DNA from: a virus
Taxonomy: Duplodnaviria > Caudoviricetes
Length of the DNA: 64,000 bases
Direction: 5' to 3' (one strand)
IMG/VR virus record: IMGVR_UViG_2595698902_000001
Coordinates: 64,001 to 128,000 of that record
Below are positions 57,499 through 64,000 of this stretch, piece after piece (positions within the stretch are counted from its first letter, which is position 1; each line of letters opens with the position of its first letter). The notes under the pieces were generated by a model. The model was not told the origin of the DNA, searched no databases, and was given only the letters and a program-made list of their open reading frames with translations. Position numbers and translations under genes: made by a program.

Positions 57499-58794
57499 AT
57501 GGAATTGCTAACCGCGATGATTCACCGCTTGTATGAGCGGGGCCACTTGAAAACCTGCAAACCTGCCGAAGATCACACGACCTATTCATACGAATATATG
57601 GGGCGTCTGGTTAAGCAGGCGGTGACGGTGGATGTACGTATGAAACGGACCGAACTACTGCGAATTGTGAACCGCGCTTACAACGGTTCCCCCGAGGACA
57701 TGCACACGCTGGCGATGCTCTACAACACCGGCTATGGCGTGCCCTACGACCGCGAGCGCGCCATTCTCTGGATGCGTTTCGCCACGCAACAAGGCATGTA
57801 CTACGATACGTTCGGCGCAGCGTATCAGCGTGCATTGATCGAAGCACAAAATTGTCCCGAGACGATTTTCCCTGATCCGATTATTTATCCGTGTCTGGAT
57901 ATCATCCAGAAAATTCACGACGTACATAGCGATTCCAAATTGCGGTTAGGCTGCGCCGTGATGCCGCGCCTTGAAGGCATTCGCGTTTATTTGATTTACC
58001 GTCACGTACCGGGCGTAACTCCACACTTGTACGCAGGTTTTTACCACGACGGCGAAAACTATTTCATGGCACTGGATAAGCTGGTTGCTTTGGGTGTGCC
58101 TCGCTATTTCGGCGAGATTCGCGACAAGGTAATCATTACTGACTATGCGCCATTCGGCAATAACACAATGTACGTGGTGGCCGGTACGATTTACGTGCCT
58201 GAGTCCAAACGCGCAGGTCAAACGCATATGGAAGTTTTCAATTCGTTTATGACGGATGATTCCACGCTGCTGACCCGTGCGCATTTCGACATTGAAGACG
58301 ACAAGGCCGCGCTGGAAGAGGCGATTAAAACTGTAAATAAGTTAGAGAGACAGCGAGAACGTTTTGAAGGCGCCAATCGGCCAATGCCCGAGGAAAGCCT
58401 AAAGGCATTGAAGAAAGCAAAGAAACAGCGCCGTCTGCTGCGTGAAACGCTTGCGGTTGCTGATCCTGACGCTGATTACCAGCGTTATTTGGAATCGCGG
58501 CCCGAATCCCGTTTGCGCTTTGTTGCATCTGAGCTGTATCGCTGGAACCGTCGCCTTGGCTTGCATACCGTTCCGATGGGGCGGCAAGGGCAACAGCACC
58601 TATCATCCATTGGCTTTACCAGTCTCGACCATCCAACATTGGAATTCGCCGGTTGGATTGCCGATCATACTGACGTAGCCAAAACTGTAAATATGTATGA
58701 AAGGGCATTAGATGCAAAGGTGAAATCCTTGATTATGTTCCCAGCACCTAATTCTTCTGCTCGTTTCGTTGACGTATCGAGGATTGAACTGTGA
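57499..58794 (+). CDS. Sel1-like repeat fused to a degenerate NAD-dependent DNA ligase adenylation-like domain
   Basis: GSPEDMHTLAMLYNTGYGVPYDRERAILWMRFATQQG (Sel1); MPRLEGIRVYLIY versus ligase motif I EPKxDG. Confidence 0.6.
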   Translation: MELLTAMIHRLYERGHLKTCKPAEDHTTYSYEYMGRLVKQAVTVDVRMKRTELLRIVNRAYNGSPEDMHTLAMLYNTGYGVPYDRERAILWMRFATQQGMYYDTFGAAYQRALIEAQNCPETIFPDPIIYPCLDIIQKIHDVHSDSKLRLGCAVMPRLEGIRVYLIYRHVPGVTPHLYAGFYHDGENYFMALDKLVALGVPRYFGEIRDKVIITDYAPFGNNTMYVVAGTIYVPESKRAGQTHMEVFNSFMTDDSTLLTRAHFDIEDDKAALEEAIKTVNKLERQRERFEGANRPMPEESLKALKKAKKQRRLLRETLAVADPDADYQRYLESRPESRLRFVASELYRWNRRLGLHTVPMGRQGQQHLSSIGFTSLDHPTLEFAGWIADHTDVAKTVNMYERALDAKVKSLIMFPAPNSSARFVDVSRIEL

Positions 58795-59660
58795 GTGACA
58801 CCATTTCGCACGAAGACCGGCAACAACAGCAATTGCATATGCGGCAAAAAGATTTGCCGCCTGCGCAAGAGCCAGAAGTTTTCAATCGTTTGCAAAGCCA
58901 CAACGCTAGCAACAGAAACCTGAAAGGGGAATTCCTGCTCAAGTTGGTGCCGCGTGTGGACGTGGTATTGAGCGCCTGCCTCAATACTGTAAATGATGTA
59001 GTAGACGAACACCGAACGCTGATCATCGGCGGCGAGGAACGTTCGCTCTACCGCCCGCTTTCCCGCAAAGAGCAAGGCGTAGCGATTCAGCCGCTGACTG
59101 ACCTGTATCAATACGTCACCGAAATTGCTGCAAATGAATACGTCGTTTTCGGCACCGACAAAGATCACGCCGAACGCGTAAGCGCTCTAGTTGAATTGCT
59201 GAATCAACATATGAAAGCCAGCTTTGCTGGTAGCGCATATGAAAACGAAAATGGTGATAGCGAATTCGCTATTTCTCAACGTGATTACTTCCAAACCAGC
59301 ATCCACGTTAGCGACGTTGAACGCGGAACTGTAAATGTAGTATATCTGAGCATTCGTGTAATCATTCACGCTGCCAGCCTGACCAAAGGCAACGCCGACC
59401 CGGAAACTGCGGTTAAGAACTTCAACGGTTCGTATCGCACCGTGGTCAAAAACTTTGCGAATGCTACCGGGATTGAAACCGGTGTGCATGTTGCTTTTGA
59501 CGTTTCTAATTTCACTGTACGTCCTCAATTGCTGTCCCTGTTTACCGCACTGTGCGGCGAAGAGCAGACCAGCGTTGAAGCGGTAAACCCTCAACATTAT
59601 CACGGCGCTAACACGTTGGTAAGCGTCGTTCTTTCGACAAAGGCACTGAAAAATGGCTAA
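58791..59660 (+). CDS. hypothetical protein
   Basis: GTGA-coupled 289-aa ORF. Confidence 0.75.
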   Translation: MSDTISHEDRQQQQLHMRQKDLPPAQEPEVFNRLQSHNASNRNLKGEFLLKLVPRVDVVLSACLNTVNDVVDEHRTLIIGGEERSLYRPLSRKEQGVAIQPLTDLYQYVTEIAANEYVVFGTDKDHAERVSALVELLNQHMKASFAGSAYENENGDSEFAISQRDYFQTSIHVSDVERGTVNVVYLSIRVIIHAASLTKGNADPETAVKNFNGSYRTVVKNFANATGIETGVHVAFDVSNFTVRPQLLSLFTALCGEEQTSVEAVNPQHYHGANTLVSVVLSTKALKNG

Positions 59661-60204
59661 GGCTGACAAAGCTCCAAAATCCAAAGCACGCGGCAAAGTT
59701 TCCAAACTCGACAAGGCTCTGCGTAAGCTGAACGGCACCAGCGCAAAAACCCCATTCACTCTGAAATCCGGTCAGTTCACCGTGACCAGCTACGCGGTCC
59801 AGCCTACCGAAGTTCCGGGCTACCTGATCGACCGTTCGGAAACTCACGTTGTTTACCGCCACAAGAAAACCAGCGCCTCGAAACAAATGGTCGTTTCGGT
59901 ATTCCCGATTGCCCAAGTGCTGGGCCTGCTGGGTGGCAAAGACGGCGGTTCGATTACCGTTCCGCAACGTCGCGCTTTCAACAGCGTAACCGGCACCCTG
60001 AAATTTGAAGGCAGCACCGTAGCCGTCACCGACGAACACGGCGTTGTTTCCTATATCGACCTGTCGAGCGGCGATCACGAAATTCGTGCAGCCGATGCCG
60101 AAGGTTCGCAAGCCTCGGGCCGTGGCGCCAAGGCTGATAAAGGTGACGGCAAGAAGAAAGCCAAAGTCACCGATATCAAAGAAGGCAAAAAGAAAAAAAA
60201 GTAA
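59653..60204 (+). CDS. hypothetical protein with basic termini
   Basis: strong codon bias; KKKKK C-terminus. Confidence 0.8.
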   Translation: MAKADKAPKSKARGKVSKLDKALRKLNGTSAKTPFTLKSGQFTVTSYAVQPTEVPGYLIDRSETHVVYRHKKTSASKQMVVSVFPIAQVLGLLGGKDGGSITVPQRRAFNSVTGTLKFEGSTVAVTDEHGVVSYIDLSSGDHEIRAADAEGSQASGRGAKADKGDGKKKAKVTDIKEGKKKKK

Positions 60205-60259
60205 CGAACACTCGTTACGAAGGCGACCTTGACTAAGGTTCTGGTCGCCACCTGCTTAA

Positions 60260-60348
60260 AACTGTAAATACATAGTAAGAGCGAACGATTCAGCGAAGGC
60301 GCCACTGATAGCCGCCTAGCCGGACACCGCCATACAAAACTGTAAATA
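60260..60348 (+). promoter_or_regulatory. tandem AAAACTGTAAATACA promoters
   Basis: two identical 15-mers with cores at 60260 and 60338, upstream of the poly-acidic gene. Confidence 0.7.
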
Positions 60349-60396
60349 CAGTGTAGATACACCAACTAAACCCAATCGATAAGTCTGGAGTTTCAA

Positions 60397-60876
60397 ATGG
60401 CAAAGGCAAAAAACAGCAAGAAAGGCAAGAACAAAGCAGCCCCGGAAATTTCCGCTGATCTGATGAACCTGATCAATCTGGACGTGCTGCAAATCGTTCT
60501 GCAAGCCCTGCAAGACGCCGGTTGCGAAACCGCCGAGGATATGATCGGCGCCGTTGGCATGATGCAGGAAAAGCGTGAAGAAGAAGACGAAGACGAAGAC
60601 GAAGAGGAAGAAGACGAAGACGAAGACGAAGAGGAAGAAGACGAGGACGAAGAAGACGAGGACGAAGAAGACGAGGACGAAGAAGACGAGGACGAAGAAG
60701 ACGAGGACGAAGACGAAGAAGACGAAGACGAAGACGAAGACGAAGAAGACGAGGATGAAGACGAAGACGAAGAAGACGAAGAGGACGAAGAGGACGAAGA
60801 CGAAGACGAAGACGAAGAAGACGAAGAGGACGAGGATGAAGACGAGGATGAAGAAGACGAAGACGACGACGAATAA
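60397..60876 (+). CDS. poly-Asp/Glu protein (~100-residue pure D/E tail)
   Basis: GGAG RBS; short folded N-terminus followed by only D/E residues. Confidence 0.85.
   Translation: MAKAKNSKKGKNKAAPEISADLMNLINLDVLQIVLQALQDAGCETAEDMIGAVGMMQEKREEEDEDEDEEEEDEDEDEEEEDEDEEDEDEEDEDEEDEDEEDEDEDEEDEDEDEDEEDEDEDEDEEDEEDEEDEDEDEDEEDEEDEDEDEDEEDEDDDE
60577..60873 (+). repeat. (GAA/GAC/GAG/GAT)n low-complexity coding repeat
   Basis: directly visible in the sequence. Confidence 0.9.
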
Positions 60877-60927
60877 GTCGGACTTCGCTTGACCTTCTGA
60901 CTTCGATTCTCGAACAGGAATATCTAG

Positions 60928-60957
60928 GAACCCGGACAACCGCATCCGGGTTTCTTT
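60928..60957 (+). terminator. putative terminator or stability hairpin
   Basis: AACCCGGA...TCCGGGTTTCTTT. Confidence 0.5.
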
Positions 60958-61000
60958 CTGCCCAAATTCAGCTTTTTAAAAAACCAAGGAAATTTTCGAC

Positions 61001-61534
61001 ATGGCAAAGAATGACGTAACCATCAACGGTAAACAGGAAATCTCCCGTCTGCGCAAACAAGAGCGCGCACTGGAAGCCACTCAGAAAGCAAACGAGAAAG
61101 TAGCCGACGCGGTTAACTCGCAGCTGGAAGAAGTGCGCGCCCAAATCAACGCCGTTGAAGGCAAGCTGGGCGGCGACGAAGCCCCAGCAAAAGGCAAAGC
61201 CAAAGCCGCCGCCAAGGCCCCTGCCAAAGCCGACAAGAAAGCCCCGGCCAAAGGCAAAGCCAAAGCCGAAGAAAAACCGGCTAAAGGCAAGAAATCTACC
61301 AAGGAAGAAGAGAAGCCTGCTAAAGGCAAGAAAACTGCCAAGGTAGAAGAAAAGCCTGCCAAGAAAGCCAAGAAAGAAAAGGCCGAAGAAAAACCGGCCA
61401 AGAAGGACAAGAAAGCCAAGGCCGAAGAAAAGGCCCCGAAAAAGTCCAAGAAAGCCGACAAGGCCGAAAAGGGCGGCAAGAAGTCCAAAAAGAAAGAAGG
61501 CAAATCCAAAAAAGACTTTGACGATTTCGAGTAA
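61001..61534 (+). CDS. histone H1-like Lys/Ala-rich protein with an N-terminal coiled coil
   Basis: EEKPAK/AKGKAK repeats; acidic DFDDFE C-terminus; AAGGA RBS. Confidence 0.85.
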   Translation: MAKNDVTINGKQEISRLRKQERALEATQKANEKVADAVNSQLEEVRAQINAVEGKLGGDEAPAKGKAKAAAKAPAKADKKAPAKGKAKAEEKPAKGKKSTKEEEKPAKGKKTAKVEEKPAKKAKKEKAEEKPAKKDKKAKAEEKAPKKSKKADKAEKGGKKSKKKEGKSKKDFDDFE

Positions 61535-61558
61535 TCGTTAAGCTCTACTGAGTTAGGG

Positions 61559-61582
61559 AAGGGGGCTATGCCCCCTTTTCTT
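61559..61582 (+). terminator. Rho-independent terminator
   Basis: AAGGGGGC-TAT-GCCCCCTTTT. Confidence 0.75.
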
Positions 61583-61584
61583 GT

Positions 61585-62364
61585 ATGCACTGGCTGCATT
61601 CAGTTGACCAGATCATCTACCGCTTAGGCTCTGCGTGTTTCACCTACACCGAATTTGCGCGTTTGCTTTATGAGCTGCGCGAAGATCGTAGGCACGCATT
61701 GGCTATGGCGCACGCTGAGTCACACCGTAGCGGTTCGCGGCAGACTCTATCTACGGAAGTTGTAAAAGACAAAGAAGAAACACAAGCGAATAAGCTAAGA
61801 GCGCAGGCCACTATCCTTGAGGATGGCGCCCGCAATTTAATTGCGCTGCCCGCTCTGTACGCTGCCCGCCTTGAACTTAAATCTATTGAGTTCATCCTCA
61901 CGCAAGTTGAACCTCACGTTAGAAATATCCCCTTTGCTTTCCAAGAATGCCAGCAGCTGGAAAACACTCTAGCGCTGTTGTGGAAATACCACTTGGAAAT
62001 GCGCACGTACAATCAGCCTACCTTCGATACCCTTTCCGAAATCTCCGCAAGGGGATTGGTCTGTCCGAATTTGTCCAATTGGGAAATTTCCCGTGACAAT
62101 TTCCTGAACAATTACAGTTCCAGTTCTATCGCAACGCATAAGCTTCTGCGGACCACTGACCTGCACGGCTTCTACGCGCTGACAATAGAGCATCTGAAAG
62201 CAGACGACGATTTGCTGATTGCAAAATACACGGAAGCCTTGACTGATGAATACAGCTCGCAAGCCGTTCTCGGTTTACCACCAACAGGCATACGAACTTT
62301 TGCAACAGCTAAAGGCCTTGAAGGACGAAGTTCTGGTTTACCAGACGGTCCCGCACGACCTTAG
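61585..62364 (+). CDS. hypothetical protein
   Basis: 259-aa ORF. Confidence 0.7.
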   Translation: MHWLHSVDQIIYRLGSACFTYTEFARLLYELREDRRHALAMAHAESHRSGSRQTLSTEVVKDKEETQANKLRAQATILEDGARNLIALPALYAARLELKSIEFILTQVEPHVRNIPFAFQECQQLENTLALLWKYHLEMRTYNQPTFDTLSEISARGLVCPNLSNWEISRDNFLNNYSSSSIATHKLLRTTDLHGFYALTIEHLKADDDLLIAKYTEALTDEYSSQAVLGLPPTGIRTFATAKGLEGRSSGLPDGPARP

Positions 62365-62569
62365 CATTTTCACGTTTGTTGCCTCGCTACGTACCACTGA
62401 TCCAGACGGAATTTCAATCGTTTACGAAGTGACTGTAAATGAAGAGAAGATACGCCTGATCGACGACCTGCCTGTCGAAGTTCTGGCGGCATACGGAATG
62501 TTCGTCAAGTATGTGGAAGACTGGAAAAATGGTGGCGTACTGCACGAACTACTTAGACACGATGATTAG
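62246..62569 (+). CDS. hypothetical protein (119-bp overlap with the upstream ORF)
   Basis: 107-aa ORF, stop coupled to the next ATG. Confidence 0.6.
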   Translation: MNTARKPFSVYHQQAYELLQQLKALKDEVLVYQTVPHDLSIFTFVASLRTTDPDGISIVYEVTVNEEKIRLIDDLPVEVLAAYGMFVKYVEDWKNGGVLHELLRHDD

Positions 62570-63221
62570 TTATTTCAGCTGTGGGTGCCACGCGACCGGC
62601 GACATTCCCACGCTGAGCCGCTGCGAAGAGCACGACGGTTATGTGGTTGTCTGTCACAACCAAAATATCAGCGAGCGCAGATTCTCCAACGAAGTCGGCA
62701 CCGTCTGGCAAGGCACGCTGCTGCATAGCCTGCGCAAATTGAAAGACGCCCAATTTTCGTATGTGTTCGCTTACCCCGAGCATCATGTGCTCAACGCCAT
62801 GAATTGGATTACCCCGCGTGCGTGGCGTGATGCAAGCATGGAAATGATGCGCCACCTAAAGCGCGTTTTAAAACCCGGCGGCTATATCAGTTTCATCGTA
62901 GACCCTAGCGTTGCCCACACGGTAATCTATCAGGCCTACAAGCTTGGCATGAGCGTTGACGTAAAGCCGCCAACGTTTGAGTATTTTGCCAAGCAGCCGT
63001 ATAGCGAATTGTCGTTTGCTTTCGCCGACGCGAAAATACGGCTGATCGTTTACACCGAACACCGCTCCCCGATTCCCGCTAGCGGCTCTGCCGTGCTGGA
63101 CATTAGCGGGATCAAGGTTGATCGCGTTCTGCGCCGAAAGAAAAATAACAAATTGTTGGTGCTGGCCGGGCACCCTAAGCAGTTTGAGATTGTGCAGAAG
63201 CGCCTTAGCCAAGAGGCCTAA
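62562..63221 (+). CDS. methyltransferase-like protein (probably degenerate)
   Basis: LRKLKDAQFSYVFAYP and HLKRVLKPGGYISF resemble N4/N6-MTase segments, but there is no DPPY or FxGxG. Confidence 0.45.
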   Translation: MISYFSCGCHATGDIPTLSRCEEHDGYVVVCHNQNISERRFSNEVGTVWQGTLLHSLRKLKDAQFSYVFAYPEHHVLNAMNWITPRAWRDASMEMMRHLKRVLKPGGYISFIVDPSVAHTVIYQAYKLGMSVDVKPPTFEYFAKQPYSELSFAFADAKIRLIVYTEHRSPIPASGSAVLDISGIKVDRVLRRKKNNKLLVLAGHPKQFEIVQKRLSQEA

Positions 63222-63224
63222 GCT

Positions 63225-63884
63225 ATGGCGATAAAAAAGATCAAAACCCAGTCCGTGAAAAAGAAGCGGACGACAACAAAGCCTAAGAAATCCCAAGCCA
63301 TTCGCGATGCGGAAAAAGCTAAGGAACGTAAGCAGAAAAGCAAAGCTGCGCCGTTGCGTTCCTCGATCCGCGTCAAGGTGCAGGGTATTCCGTACAAGCT
63401 GCGGAAATTTGAAAACCTCGGCGCCCGGAAATTGCCCGAGTCGTATTACACGATGCAGGGCCAGAGCCTCAAATCTCTGATCCGCAACACGCCTAGACTT
63501 TTCATAAATAATGCCGTGGACGTAGAGCCACACCGGATGCCCAAGCGTTCGTTTACCAAAGGCGGCAAGCCTGCGGTCAAAGGCATTATGTGGACAAACG
63601 ATCCGTTCCGACCTGATCGCGTGCGGCGTTACCACGAAACCTACATCGTCGGCCTCGATTTGAATGGTGAGGAAAAACCACTCTACAAGCACAAGAAAGT
63701 TCTTGTGCAATGTACGTGCGAATCCTACATCTACACTTACGAGTATGCGAACGCATGGCACGGAGCTGCATACCTGATTTATTCTAACGGTGAGCCGCCC
63801 GTGTGGATGAACCCGGCGTTTTCTCCGGGCATGTGCAAACACCTGATTGCGCTGTCCAAAATCGTTATCGAAAATAATCTGTGA
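63225..63884 (+). CDS. SWIM zinc-finger protein
   Basis: VQCTCESY...GMCKHL (CxC-xn-CxH). Confidence 0.75.
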   Translation: MAIKKIKTQSVKKKRTTTKPKKSQAIRDAEKAKERKQKSKAAPLRSSIRVKVQGIPYKLRKFENLGARKLPESYYTMQGQSLKSLIRNTPRLFINNAVDVEPHRMPKRSFTKGGKPAVKGIMWTNDPFRPDRVRRYHETYIVGLDLNGEEKPLYKHKKVLVQCTCESYIYTYEYANAWHGAAYLIYSNGEPPVWMNPAFSPGMCKHLIALSKIVIENNL

Positions 63885-63891
63885 GGAAAAC

Positions 63892-64000
63892 ATGGAACTT
63901 CTGCAACGCATTACCGGCGACCGTGCCCTTGCCCGCGTCGGCACCGAAAAAGATACCTACCAGCTGCTGACCCGCATTATCGGTGACTACGAGCTGGGCG
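63892..64000 (+). CDS. hypothetical protein, truncated by the window end
   Basis: GAGGA RBS and ATG; open to the window end. Confidence 0.65.
   Translation, partial: MELLQRITGDRALARVGTEKDTYQLLTRIIGDYELG

Noticed and set aside
60316-60945. Hydrophobic F/V/L-rich minus-strand ORF and K/T-rich alternative-frame ORF
   Set aside because: These are frame artefacts of the poly-D/E repeat.
1-64000. Stop-codon reassignment
   Set aside because: Genes tile densely under the standard code, and TAA, TAG and TGA all serve as stops at coupled junctions.

Overview
This window is a gene-dense segment of a large dsDNA bacteriophage genome (about 50-53% GC by eye). The gene set is reminiscent of Lu11/PaBG/phiRSL1-type jumbo myoviruses; that assignment is inferred from gene content and was not searched. 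Positions 1-38.5 kb are almost all on the minus strand: a family A DNA polymerase with an N-terminal UDG-like domain, a ~2020-aa SNF2-like helicase, an HNH nuclease, putative virion/neck proteins, an AT-hook/H1-like protein, SbcD/SbcC, a DnaX-like clamp loader and many ORFans. Positions 38.5-64 kb are mostly on the plus strand: a RuvC-like resolvase, primase (minus strand), a Cas4-like nuclease, GyrB/GyrA-like topoisomerase II subunits, a 5'-3' exonuclease, and acidic and Lys-rich low-complexity proteins. A phage promoter motif, AACTGTAAATA, recurs upstream of replication genes, and a second motif, (G/C)TAATT(T/C), recurs upstream of putative late genes. The most notable observations are: (1) small accessory genes that appear to carry isolated fragments of virion proteins (a tandem capsid A-domain, tail-sheath C-termini, and a portal segment fused to a sponge-like domain), possibly anti-defence decoys; (2) Lys-rich terminal tags on most DNA-metabolism enzymes, together with poly-acidic and histone-like proteins; (3) a Sel1 repeat fused to a pseudo-ligase; (4) a 750-bp structured non-coding locus with a G-quadruplex motif, a candidate origin; and (5) a structured 245-nt leader behind a sigma70 promoter. 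No tRNA, rRNA or CRISPR array was seen. All family assignments come from motif recognition only.
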